64,000 nucleotides of DNA from NCBI GenBank assembly GCA_965243625.1, contig CBDEVI010000002.1, forward strand, positions 2,339,475 to 2,403,474. The letters are read 5' to 3'. A program made the translations under genes and the position numbers. The DNA is from Chloroflexota bacterium (GTDB lineage: Bacteria > Chloroflexota > UBA11872). Below, piece after piece: positions 8,274 through 16,939 of the stretch (positions are counted from its first letter, which is position 1; every line of letters begins with the position of its first letter). The notes under the pieces are model-generated. The model did not search any database. It was not told where the DNA came from and worked only from the letters and a program-made list of their open reading frames with translations.

Positions 8274-9749
8274 CTAGCTGGAGATGGCTGAAGCGCTGGG
8301 GGCGGAAAAGCCCGGGCGGTGGCGTGGCATTCCGCGGCGGCGGGAGGTCCGCTGCGGCTGCCGAGGCGACTGATCCGGGCCTTGCGTGTTTGCTTGGCCC
8401 CCCTTCCACGGCTTTCGGATAAAGCGGCGGCCGAGTCCGCGCACGATCTCCCGCCACTTCTTTTCCTCATCTGGCGTGACGAAGGTCACGGCCTCGCCGG
8501 AGCGGCCCATGCGACCGGTTCGTCCGACCCGGTGGGTGAAGAGCTTGTCGGAGTCCGGCAGGTCATAGTTGATGACCTGCTCGATACCCTGGATGTCCAA
8601 CCCTCGGGCAGCAACGTTGGTCGCCACGAGCACCGGCGTGGTCCCAGACCGGAAGTCCGCCATCATGCGCTCGCGGGCGCGCTGGCTGAGATTGCCTTGC
8701 AGCGCGCCGGCGGGATACCCCAACGCCGCGAGCTGTTTGGCCAGCTTCTTCACACCGTGCTTGGTCCGTCCAAAAACGATGACCGGCGCGTCTTTTCGAT
8801 CATCGAGCAGAGCCCGGAGCGCGCCCAGCTTGTCGTGCCTCTTGATGGTGTAGATCAGGTGCTCGACGGTGGGCGGCGCATGCACGTTCGCGTCCACTTG
8901 AACCGTCACCGGGTGGCGCAGGTGCTTGGCCGCCGTCTTCGCCACCCAGCTTGGCATCGTCGCCGAAAAGAGCACCGTCTGGCGGCTGGCGGGCGTCTGG
9001 TTGAGGATGGCCTCAACGTCGCGGGCGAACCCCATGTCCAGCATTTCATCCGCCTCGTCCAAGACCATGACCCGCACGCCGCGCAAATCGAGCGTGCCCT
9101 GCCGGAGATGGTCAAGCGTGCGGCCCGGCGTGCCGATGATGATCTGGGCGCCGCGTTTCAATGCCGTGGATTCCGGACGGAACGACCGGCCGCCGTAAAG
9201 CAATGTGACGCACAGCCCCTGTGACGAGGCCAAGGAATCAACGACGCCGGCCACCTGGATGGCCAGCTCGCGCGTGGGCACGAGCACCAGGGCCTGGACC
9301 CGGCGGACCGACGGGTCGCAGCGTTCGGCAAGGGGCACCGCGAAGGCCAGGGTCTTCCCGGACCCGGTGCGCGCCTGCCCGATCAAGTCATGCCCCGCCA
9401 GGAATTGGGGAATGGTCTCTTCCTGAATGGGCGTGGGCGCCGAGATGCCCATGCGCGTGAGGGCGGCTCGGCTGGCCGCACTCAGGGCAATCCCTGGAAA
9501 CGCTGATGCGGCATCGGGAGCGTCGGCAGCTGAAGGAGTGCTCGTTGCGCGCGGCTCCGATTCACGCGCCCTTGGCGCGGCGGAAGATCCGTTGCGCCGC
9601 GCACTGAAGCACGGTGGACAGTAGACCGGCCGGTCCTGCCGTGGTCGGAATGGGACGGTGGTCGACGAGTCGCAGTCAGCGCAGACGGCCGGATGGCCGC
9701 CGGAACGGCGGGGACGACGTGACCGGGTCGGTCGAGATTCAAAAGACAT
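8274..9749 (-). CDS. DEAD-box ATP-dependent RNA helicase with N-terminal CxxC-x17-CxxC zinc ribbon
   Basis: ORF 8274..9914(-). AQARTGSGKT, VLDEADEML, SAT and HRVGRTGR motifs. Zinc ribbon CADCDSSTTVPFRPRQDRPVYCPPC. Start set at Met 56 (MSFESRP). Confidence 0.9.
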   Translation of the reverse strand: MSFESRPTRSRRPRRSGGHPAVCADCDSSTTVPFRPRQDRPVYCPPCFSARRNGSSAAPRARESEPRATSTPSAADAPDAASAFPGIALSAASRAALTRMGISAPTPIQEETIPQFLAGHDLIGQARTGSGKTLAFAVPLAERCDPSVRRVQALVLVPTRELAIQVAGVVDSLASSQGLCVTLLYGGRSFRPESTALKRGAQIIIGTPGRTLDHLRQGTLDLRGVRVMVLDEADEMLDMGFARDVEAILNQTPASRQTVLFSATMPSWVAKTAAKHLRHPVTVQVDANVHAPPTVEHLIYTIKRHDKLGALRALLDDRKDAPVIVFGRTKHGVKKLAKQLAALGYPAGALQGNLSQRARERMMADFRSGTTPVLVATNVAARGLDIQGIEQVINYDLPDSDKLFTHRVGRTGRMGRSGEAVTFVTPDEEKKWREIVRGLGRRFIRKPWKGGQANTQGPDQSPRQPQRTSRRRGMPRHRPGFSAPSASAISS

Positions 9750-9850
9750 ACAGACATGAACTCCATGGGCGATGCAGGGTGAAAACGGCGATTCAGCGCG
9801 GGGCGAGGAGACAAACGGACAGGAGTTGTACGAGGGGTAATCCGCCGCCG

Positions 9851-9891
9851 GGTGAATCCCAGGTGCGCCGATTGTGGCGCCTGTATTCACC
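9851..9891 (-). terminator. 41-nt imperfect hairpin between a small membrane ORF and the helicase gene
   Basis: GGTGAATCCCAGGTGCGCC-GATTGT-GGCGCCTGTATTCACC. No U-tract, so it could instead be a 5'-UTR element of the helicase gene. Confidence 0.3.
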
Positions 9892-9963
9892 CTAACAGAC
9901 CGCCGAGGTGTCATGGGGAGGGTCCCGATTCACGAAACATCGTCGATTGCGCCGGCCGGTGCG

Positions 9964-10209
9964 CTAGCCGATCCGGAAGACTCCCAACCACGACCCGTGT
10001 CGGCTGCGCACGGCCTTGTCCAGCGCGGCCAGCGCCCCGGCGGCCACGGCCACGCCCGCCGCGCCGAGCAGCTGCGACCCAAGTTTGTAGATCTCGGGGC
10101 TTTGCACGGCGGCCACCGCGCCGGGTACGCCACCGGCTACGAATGCCGCGCTCACGATGCGCGCGAAACGCCGCAGCACGCCCAGCTTCAGGCTGTAAGC
10201 CGTCGTCAT
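9964..10209 (-). CDS. small hydrophobic protein (about 81 aa), unknown function
   Basis: C-terminal part of ORF 9964..10353(-): MTTAYSLKLGVLRRFARIVSAAFVAGGVPGAVAAV...LLGAAGVAVAAGALAAL. High third-position GC and two hydrophobic stretches. No family recognised. Confidence 0.4.
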   Translation of the reverse strand: MTTAYSLKLGVLRRFARIVSAAFVAGGVPGAVAAVQSPEIYKLGSQLLGAAGVAVAAGALAALDKAVRSRHGSWLGVFRIG

Positions 10210-10403
10210 CGGTTGTCCCTTCATCCAATTGCCTCCAAACTCTCGCCCCGCGTTCGCCGCGAAGCCCTGTCGAATCCCTGACCCGTTCAAGTCAGTCGTG
10301 CCGGCCAGCCGGGTCTTGCCATGCCGCCGAATCCCTGCGTACCGTCCACCCAATCAACCTGGGCGCATCGTCAGGTCGCCTGTCTTGGAACGGACTCGCT
10401 GAT

Positions 10404-11399
10404 ATGCGCGTGGGCGTTACCGGGGTCGGTCGCATTGGTCGACCGCACGCCGAACGGCTGGCAGCCAATCCCGACGTTTCTGCGGTAGTGCTGCACGACA
10501 TCGACACGACGCTCGCTTCCGCAATGGCCGCCGATCTGGATATGCAGGCTGTCGCGGATCTTGACGCGCTCCTGTCGTCGGTCGATGCGCTGGTGATCGC
10601 CGCCATCACCACCGCCCATGCGGACCTGCTCAGCGCGGCCGTCGAGGCCCGTGTGCCGGTCATGTGCGAAAAGCCCATCTCGCACGACCTCGAGCGCGCC
10701 CGCGAAATCGTGAGCCGCGTGCATGCCCTCGACGTTCCCGTGCTCATGGGCTTCCAGCGCCGCTTCGACGCCGGCTATCAGGCCGCGCGCGATCTGGTTG
10801 CATCGGGTGACCTGGGAACGCTCTACACCTTCCGCACCGCCGGCCACGATCCCGAACCCGCCAGCGAGTCCTACATCGCCGGCTCCGGCGGCATGTTTCG
10901 CGACTTTGCCGTCCATGACTTCGACGCCCTTCGCTTTGTCACCAACCAGGAAATCGCGCGCGTCTACGCCGACGCCACCGTGCGCGCCTTCTCGGTTTAC
11001 GAGCGCTACGACGACGCCGACACGGCCGTGGCCACGCTCACCCTCTCGGGCGGTGCGCTCGGGTTGGCCGGCTACACCCGGCACAACCCCTTGGGCTATG
11101 ACGTCCGCATGGAACTGTTTGGCTCGCGCGACAGCGTGGTGGTCGGATGGGACGACCAAGCGCCGCTTCGCTCCCTCGAACCCAACGGCCCGCCGCTTCA
11201 CCCCAGGCCCCATGCCGCGTTCCACGACCGCTTTGCGGACGCCTACGCCGCCGAGATCGCGGCCTTTCTCGACGTCGCCCGCGGCCGCATGGCGTCTCCC
11301 AGCACCGTTGACGACGCACTCGAGGCTCTGCGTGTCGCCGTCGCCTGCAACCTGTCCCTGCGCGAACGCCGACCCGTCGACCTCTCTGAGATTCCCTAG
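10404..11399 (+). CDS. Gfo/Idh/MocA family oxidoreductase (inositol 2-dehydrogenase-like)
   Basis: ORF 9852..11399(+). Real start at internal MRVGVTGVGRIGRPHAERL (Rossmann GxGxxG). MCEKPIS motif present. The upstream 184 codons are Arg/Pro-rich shadow. Confidence 0.85.
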   Translation: MRVGVTGVGRIGRPHAERLAANPDVSAVVLHDIDTTLASAMAADLDMQAVADLDALLSSVDALVIAAITTAHADLLSAAVEARVPVMCEKPISHDLERAREIVSRVHALDVPVLMGFQRRFDAGYQAARDLVASGDLGTLYTFRTAGHDPEPASESYIAGSGGMFRDFAVHDFDALRFVTNQEIARVYADATVRAFSVYERYDDADTAVATLTLSGGALGLAGYTRHNPLGYDVRMELFGSRDSVVVGWDDQAPLRSLEPNGPPLHPRPHAAFHDRFADAYAAEIAAFLDVARGRMASPSTVDDALEALRVAVACNLSLRERRPVDLSEIP

Positions 11400-11464
11400 T
11401 ACCAGCCGCTGAGGACTGGAGGGCCAGGCCCGGGTCCGCGTGGTCCAGCGCTTCCTCACGTTCG

Positions 11465-11659
11465 TCACGCACTCCCCCGCTCCGGCCCCACGTTCCGCCA
11501 GGCCCACAGGCCCGCCGCGCCGAGGACGCCCCACCAGGGCTCCGGGATTGGGAGCTGGGCCGCCATCATCCCCACCGTGCCGCCCACGACCAGCAGAAAC
11601 CCCGCGGCCGCCGCGCTCGGCTTCGTCACCTCGCGCACCGCGTGCACCACCTGATTCAT
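11465..11659 (-). CDS. small two-helix membrane protein at the end of the lysis cassette (holin/spanin-like candidate)
   Basis: ORF 11465..11659(-), 64 aa. Hydrophobic segments AAAGFLLVVGGTVGMMAA and WWGVLGAAGLWAW. Lies 16 nt downstream of the endolysin gene. Confidence 0.5.
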   Translation of the reverse strand: MNQVVHAVREVTKPSAAAAGFLLVVGGTVGMMAAQLPIPEPWWGVLGAAGLWAWRNVGPERGSA

Positions 11660-11674
11660 CCTTGCTTTCCTTCC

Positions 11675-12658
11675 TTACCCCGCCTCGGGTTCGTGGTAGA
11701 ACCGCTCGGCGGTCATGACCCGGCGCCAGTCCTCCGGGCGGAAGGCGGCTTCGCCGGCCCGCCGCACCACCTGGATCACCTCGCCGAGGTGTCCCAGCGC
11801 CGCGAGCTTTCGGCTGTGATTGGCGTCGCGGTCCCGCCGCAGCGACTCGATCTCCGCCATTCGCGTCATGTCCAAGCCCTTCAGAATCTTGTCGGCGTAG
11901 CGGTAGCCCTGCGCACGGAATGCGCCGTCCGACCCGCGGCCGGTGTTGTAGTCCGCCAGCGCCTCGCGGTAGTCGCCATTTCGGTGATCCAGGTGCGCCG
12001 CCATCAGCCGCGCCGCGTAGTCCAGCGCCGCGAACGGGTCGAAGGTGCGCCCGCGCATGGCCGGGTGCCAGCGGGGGATGATCTGCGCCAGGCCCTCGGC
12101 CCCCGCGCGACTCACGGCCAGCGGGTCCCAGTTGCTCTCCACGGTGATCTGCCGCCGGAACACCTCGGGGGCGTAGCCGGCATCACGCGCGTACGCCTCC
12201 GCGTAGAGGCGCAGCGGGTCGACCCGCGAACCGCGAACGCGGAAGGTCGCCGGATCGATGGCGCCGTGGGGCGACGCGTCCAAGTGCAGGTGGTGCCCGG
12301 TGCTGTTTCCGGTCGAGTCGCACAGGCCGAGCGTCTGGCCGGCCGCGACGCGCTCCCCGACGCGAACCGTCGGCGGCTCGTCGAAGTGCAGCAGGCGCCA
12401 CAGCACGCCCGCGTCGTCGCGCAGCGCCACGGCGTTGCCGTAGGGAAACCCGTCCCGCACCGACGGCGCCCGCGTGCTCGGCCGGTCCGTCGTCCAGACC
12501 GCCAAGACCGTCCCCGCCGCCGGCGCTTTGACCGGGCGGCGGTAGACCGACTCCCGCTGCAACGCCAGGTCGATCCCGCCGTGGCGATAGCTTCCGCGGT
12601 CCAGGCCGAACACCGAGGTCACGCGAACGACGCCGTCGAGCGGCGGCAGATAGGCCAT
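11675..12658 (-). CDS. two-domain endolysin-like peptidoglycan hydrolase: M23 peptidase plus SLT lytic transglycosylase
   Basis: ORF 11675..12658(-). M23 motifs HGGIDL and GHHLHLD. SLT motifs ITVESNW, AEGLAQIIP and ADYNTG. Confidence 0.9.
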   Translation of the reverse strand: MAYLPPLDGVVRVTSVFGLDRGSYRHGGIDLALQRESVYRRPVKAPAAGTVLAVWTTDRPSTRAPSVRDGFPYGNAVALRDDAGVLWRLLHFDEPPTVRVGERVAAGQTLGLCDSTGNSTGHHLHLDASPHGAIDPATFRVRGSRVDPLRLYAEAYARDAGYAPEVFRRQITVESNWDPLAVSRAGAEGLAQIIPRWHPAMRGRTFDPFAALDYAARLMAAHLDHRNGDYREALADYNTGRGSDGAFRAQGYRYADKILKGLDMTRMAEIESLRRDRDANHSRKLAALGHLGEVIQVVRRAGEAAFRPEDWRRVMTAERFYHEPEAG

Positions 12659-12674
12659 CAGCTCGCCCCGCCCG

Positions 12675-12923
12675 TCATCGCAGCACCAGGGCCAACACGC
12701 CGCCGCCCACGCTCGTCAACGTCAGGCCCACCAGTCCATAGATCACGCTGCGAATGGGTCGAAACTCCGCCCGCGTCACGTAGGTCGCGCGCGCCTCGGC
12801 CTTGTGCGTTGCCATGTCCGCCCGCAGCTGCGCCACCTCGCGCAGGATCGACGCCGTGCGCTCGTCGATGCGCGCCAGGAGGCGGCCGTTGGCGTCAGGC
12901 GTCGGGCGTGCGCCGCTCGTCAC
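12675..12923 (-). CDS. holin-like small protein (N-terminal coiled segment, single C-terminal TM helix)
   Basis: ORF 12675..12923(-), 82 aa. C-terminus VIYGLVGLTLTSVGGGVLALVL. The GTG start overlaps the stop of the upstream hydrolase gene (GTGA). Confidence 0.6.
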   Translation of the reverse strand: MTSGARPTPDANGRLLARIDERTASILREVAQLRADMATHKAEARATYVTRAEFRPIRSVIYGLVGLTLTSVGGGVLALVLR

Positions 12924-13921
12924 GCCCAGATCCGTCGAAAGTCGGCGTCGGCCTCCGCCATCCGCCCCACGCCGTCCGCCAAGGCCTCATCGCGCCAATG
13001 GCCGTCGCCGTTGGCGTCCACGAACCAGGCCAGACCCTCGAGGCGTCGCCCAAACACGGCGCAGGCGTAGGCGAAGGCGTTCGCCAGCAGGCCCGCCGGA
13101 TAGGCCGCGGCGGACGGCGCATCGGTGCGCGCGTTGTATTCCGCGATGATCACCGGCTTGCGCGCCAGCCCGACGGCGCGCAGGGTGTCGTCCCACGTTT
13201 GCAAGACGTTGGATCCCCACCGCCGCCCCAACCGGTCGCGCGGGTCTCGCCACGGCTCGTGCCGTCCGTCGTGCGCGCGGCCATCCGGGCCGGTGCGCGC
13301 ATAGGCGTGCAGCGCCACGCCCTGGAAGCGCCGCGACCAGGCCGTTCGCGCCGCGTCCCGGCACCGCTCCCAAAGCTCGGCGGTATACGAGGCCCAGGGC
13401 GATGGCTCCACCGCGGCCTTGGGCCGTCCGCCGCGAGGGGCGAACGGCCCCGTGGGCGTGACGAAGAAGCGGCAGCGCGATGCGGCGTGGGTTCGCCAAA
13501 CCTGCAGGGCGTTCCACGGGTCGCTCGGCTCGTTGCCGGCGCCGTTGAACACCCGCGCCATCCAGGCGGGGCTCACGCTGGGATCCTCGGACTCGGAGCG
13601 CCGCCAGTTGGGCTCGTTGCCGAAGGTCACGTCGATGCCGCCGAAATCCGGCGCCAGCGCCTCCAGCCCGTGGAGATACGCGTCCAGCTCCGCCCCGGTC
13701 CGCGGCTGATCGACGCCGGCTCGGTACTTGACCTTGAGCAGGACCCGATGCCCGGCGTCGCGCAGCAGGCGGCAGCGGCTCGCCATTTCCCGCCAGTGGC
13801 GCCGCCGGTCATCCCCGGGATGGGTGTACACGTGCTCCACGAACAGCGTCGGCACGGGATAGCCCGGCGTCCGCGCCGGATTCCAGAAGTGCACACCGAG
13901 GAGCGGCGCGATCTGGGCCAT
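12920..13921 (-). CDS. clan GH-A (TIM-barrel) glycoside hydrolase-like protein
   Basis: ORF 12920..14035(-). Start set at MAQIAPLLG, whose ATG overlaps the fibre gene stop (ATGA). TFGNEPNW (acid/base NEP motif) and IIAEYN (candidate nucleophile). Confidence 0.65.
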   Translation of the reverse strand: MAQIAPLLGVHFWNPARTPGYPVPTLFVEHVYTHPGDDRRRHWREMASRCRLLRDAGHRVLLKVKYRAGVDQPRTGAELDAYLHGLEALAPDFGGIDVTFGNEPNWRRSESEDPSVSPAWMARVFNGAGNEPSDPWNALQVWRTHAASRCRFFVTPTGPFAPRGGRPKAAVEPSPWASYTAELWERCRDAARTAWSRRFQGVALHAYARTGPDGRAHDGRHEPWRDPRDRLGRRWGSNVLQTWDDTLRAVGLARKPVIIAEYNARTDAPSAAAYPAGLLANAFAYACAVFGRRLEGLAWFVDANGDGHWRDEALADGVGRMAEADADFRRIWA

Positions 13922-14598
13922 CAGGCCCGCGCTCCAATGGCGAGCCAGGCAAAGCCGTTCCACGTTTCGTTCGCGGCGTGGGCGACGTGAGCTTCCGCTG
14001 TAAACCCGGTGGTGCTGATATCGATCGCGAACCACCGGGTATGCAGGCTTTGGTCGCCGAACACGGTGACCGCGTCGTCGTTCGGCTCGGCGCCGCTGCC
14101 GGTGACCGTTCCCAGCGCCGTCACGAATACGATGGGCGCGCTGGAAAACGCCTGGGCGAACGTTACGTCTTTGGTCTGGCGGTTGGTGAGCTGGGTGGAG
14201 ACATAGCCCCAGCCCACCTCGGCGCGAAGGCTCGAGACGTTGGCGTCGTTCCGCCCAGCGCCGTCCTGGACGTTGGTCAGCGCGATGCCGCCGACATTGG
14301 GCGCCAGCTTTGCGGCCGTCACGGCCGCGTCGGCGAGCTTGTCCGCGGTCACCGCCGCGTCCGCCAGGGCCGCGGTGACCACCGCGCCGGGCGCAACCTT
14401 GGGGCTCGTGACGGCCCCGCCGGCGAGCGCGTCGCTGGCCAGGGGCGGTCCCTGGCCTGCCGTCCCGTCGTGTCGGTGCCCGTCGGCGGCATCGAAGGCC
14501 GCGTCGACCGCATCCGCGTTGGCATTCACGCCCCCCACGTCATAGCGCTCCGTGGGCAGCGGCTTGGTGAGCTGAAGATTCAGCGTGGTCGTTGGCAT
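13921..14598 (-). CDS. phage tail fibre-like protein
   Basis: ORF 13921..14655(-). Start at MPTTTLNLQLTKPLPTERYD, preceded by AAAGGAGGA. Fibre-type repeats (GAVTSPKVAPGAVVTAALADAAVTADKLADAAVTAAKLAP) and a beta-rich C-terminal domain. Confidence 0.7.
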   Translation of the reverse strand: MPTTTLNLQLTKPLPTERYDVGGVNANADAVDAAFDAADGHRHDGTAGQGPPLASDALAGGAVTSPKVAPGAVVTAALADAAVTADKLADAAVTAAKLAPNVGGIALTNVQDGAGRNDANVSSLRAEVGWGYVSTQLTNRQTKDVTFAQAFSSAPIVFVTALGTVTGSGAEPNDDAVTVFGDQSLHTRWFAIDISTTGFTAEAHVAHAANETWNGFAWLAIGARA

Positions 14599-14608
14599 CG
14601 GTCCTCCT

Positions 14609-16939
14609 TTAGAGCCGGGAGATCTGGCGGTGCGCATAGGCCGCCAGGTGGTCATGGCGATAGGTGGCGAGCCGCCGATGGCGACCGTGGGCGGCCGTCG
14701 GCCGGTACTCGGTCGCCGAGATGTGCATGGCCCACGCGAGCGGGCGTCCCGTCGCGCGGACTTCGGCCTCGCGCACCAGCACCTCCAGCGCCTCGCCGTC
14801 CGGCGCCGTCAGCACCACGGGGAGCTCCGAGGCCGCCGCGGCCATGAGCGCCCGCTTGAGGTCGCGCGCCGTCCGACGGTCCCGGCCTCCGTCTCGCAAC
14901 GAAAGCTGGTCCGCAAGCCGCACGCGGAAGTCAAAGACGCGCCGGAAGCCGGTGCGCGCCGCATAGGCCAGCGAGACGGCCCGGATCACCGGCGTCAGGC
15001 GGTCGCTGTATGACGTGAGGCGCAGGCGCAGATCGATCGAGGTCCCGGCCACCGCGGAGCCAAAGTCCACCCGCTGGCCCGAAGCGGTGGCGAACCGACC
15101 GAGCGGCGCATAGGCCCCGTGCCCATCCAGCCGGTAGGCGGCGTCGACAAAGGCGTTTGGCCCCAGCCGCGCGCCGTCGATGTTCAGGCCGAGGAACGCG
15201 GTGCGCCGGGCGGCGGGGCTGCCGTGGAAGCGCGACAGCCGCAGCTCGCCCGACGCGGCAAAGCGGCACCGCGGGTCGTGCAAGGGATTGGCGGTGTGCC
15301 GCGGCAGGATGATCACGCCGATGTCGCCGTCCAGCCCGAGATACAGCCGCGGGTTTGGCCCCGGAATGCCCGAGACCCACATATGGCGGCATTCGCGTCG
15401 GCCGAGGTCGGCCAGCGGATGCCAGGCGCCGCGCTCCGCGTCGTAGCACAGCAGATAGGTGACGCCCTGGTCGCTGCGGAGGGCGGCGTACAAGAAAAAG
15501 GCGTCGCCCGCGCAGGCGGTGATGCGGCCGCGAACCGGCGAGTCGTTGTCCGTCAGCGTCTCGGGCCCCACCAGCTCGAACGCGCCCGGCGCGAAGCGAT
15601 AGAGCCCCTCCTTCGATGGCAGCCACAACGCCCCGCGCCACACCGCGCCTCCCCGGCCGTCACTCCGACCGCGCAGTGCCGCCGGACGTGGCCACGACGC
15701 CTCGAACGCCGCCTCACCGGATGATCGAACGCGAAACAGCCCTTCGGTCTTGACCGCGTAGGGCGCGTCGCCCAGCGACACAAGCGCTGTCACGGTTTGA
15801 CCCGGGCCGCCAGCCGGCTCGCCGGACGTCCACGTCGCGGCGCCGCCGCCGTCCACCGAGCGCGAAATCCGGGGAACGCCCACTTCCGACGACGAGCGCA
15901 ACAGCGCATCGCCGACCACGAGGAACCGGTCGGCCTTGCGGGGCTGGTGCACGGCCATGGCGTGCAGCCGCGTCCTGCCGTCCAGCGTCGCGGTCGCCGA
16001 CAGGCGCAGCCAGAAGGCTTGGATGCCCTCGATGCGTGAGGGGCGCCACGCGACGGGCTCCGTGAACTCACCCGCGCCGGCGCGCCCCAGCGTGGCGGAC
16101 TCGACGATCGACCGGTCGACCCAATCACTGACGGGCTCCCACGCAGCGCCCGTCCAGAACTCGGCCCTGAGCGTTGCGGCGCGCCGGTTGATGCGCTCGC
16201 GCGGGTCCAGGCGCACGCGGTCGAACGGTGCGTCGGATCCGAGGAGCAGCCAGGCGCCGCCCGCGGCCAAGCCGCTCAGGCGAACCTCGGCCGACTCCGT
16301 CTGATCGGTGTAGGTCACGCCGCCGTCAGTGGTCACAAGCACGGCGGTCGGCTTCGCCTGCACGCCCGGATGGGGCGTCCACGCGTCGCCGTCGAACGTC
16401 CAATACGGGCGGTCACCGGGGCCGCCGCCGACGGCAACGAACGCGTGAGGCGCCGCCGCCGCGCCCTGGAAGACGGCCGCCGAAGTCGGCGTGACGCCGT
16501 CGGCGAACCGGTGCGCCAGCGTCCAGCGGGCGCCGTCGGTCGATTGGTAGACCGCCGATCCGATCAGCGCGTACAGCACGCCGCCCAGCGCGAAGTGGCC
16601 GCGCACCGTGCCGGAGGCGCTGGTCGGGGCCACGGCCAGGGCCGGCGGCAGCATGATCTGGTTGGGAAAACGCGCGTCGACGAAGCCGTGGGCGTACTGC
16701 CGCCCGCCCTCCGCCGGCGCCGTGCCCGCGCCGTAGCCGCCCGTGAGGTCGCCGCTGGTCCAGGCCGCCTCATGCTCGGAGGGAAACTGGGCGTAGGCCC
16801 GGGCCGGCCCCGAGATCGGCGGCGGCAGCGACTCGAGGCGTCGCTCGCGCCAGGCCAAGCCGCCGTCGTCGGCCAGCATCAAGCCCGTCCCGTGCAGCAC
16901 GCAGTCATAGGGGAAGGGGGATCGCCGCGATTCAGGCAT
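14609..16939 (-). CDS. large phage tail/baseplate-like protein with BNR/Asp-box (beta-propeller) repeats
   Basis: ORF 14609..16939(-), 776 aa. Asp-box-like motifs YQSTDGARWT, VTTDGGVTYT and SRSVDGGGATWT. Size and position are comparable to podoviral tail tubular protein B. Confidence 0.7.
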   Translation of the reverse strand: MPESRRSPFPYDCVLHGTGLMLADDGGLAWRERRLESLPPPISGPARAYAQFPSEHEAAWTSGDLTGGYGAGTAPAEGGRQYAHGFVDARFPNQIMLPPALAVAPTSASGTVRGHFALGGVLYALIGSAVYQSTDGARWTLAHRFADGVTPTSAAVFQGAAAAPHAFVAVGGGPGDRPYWTFDGDAWTPHPGVQAKPTAVLVTTDGGVTYTDQTESAEVRLSGLAAGGAWLLLGSDAPFDRVRLDPRERINRRAATLRAEFWTGAAWEPVSDWVDRSIVESATLGRAGAGEFTEPVAWRPSRIEGIQAFWLRLSATATLDGRTRLHAMAVHQPRKADRFLVVGDALLRSSSEVGVPRISRSVDGGGAATWTSGEPAGGPGQTVTALVSLGDAPYAVKTEGLFRVRSSGEAAFEASWPRPAALRGRSDGRGGAVWRGALWLPSKEGLYRFAPGAFELVGPETLTDNDSPVRGRITACAGDAFFLYAALRSDQGVTYLLCYDAERGAWHPLADLGRRECRHMWVSGIPGPNPRLYLGLDGDIGVIILPRHTANPLHDPRCRFAASGELRLSRFHGSPAARRTAFLGLNIDGARLGPNAFVDAAYRLDGHGAYAPLGRFATASGQRVDFGSAVAGTSIDLRLRLTSYSDRLTPVIRAVSLAYAARTGFRRVFDFRVRLADQLSLRDGGRDRRTARDLKRALMAAAASELPVVLTAPDGEALEVLVREAEVRATGRPLAWAMHISATEYRPTAAHGRHRRLATYRHDHLAAYAHRQISRL

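Noticed and set aside
9852-10403. 184-codon N-terminal extension of the Gfo/Idh/MocA ORF
   Set aside because: It is an Arg/Pro-rich shadow sequence that overlaps a more plausible minus-strand small ORF. The Rossmann motif begins right after the internal Met at 10404.
11400-11465. Prophage attachment sites or an integrase at the ends of the viral region (also checked 30210-30284)
   Set aside because: No direct repeat shared between the two borders was visible by eye, and there is no tRNA or recombinase gene nearby. This is a visual check only and cannot exclude short att cores.
11642-13990. 782-aa plus-strand ORF spanning the lysis region
   Set aside because: The translation is Arg/Pro/Gly/Ala-rich and low-complexity, with no motifs. 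It lies antisense to four minus-strand genes that do carry clear motifs (M23, SLT, NEP, fibre repeats). It is a typical stop-free shadow frame of high-GC DNA.
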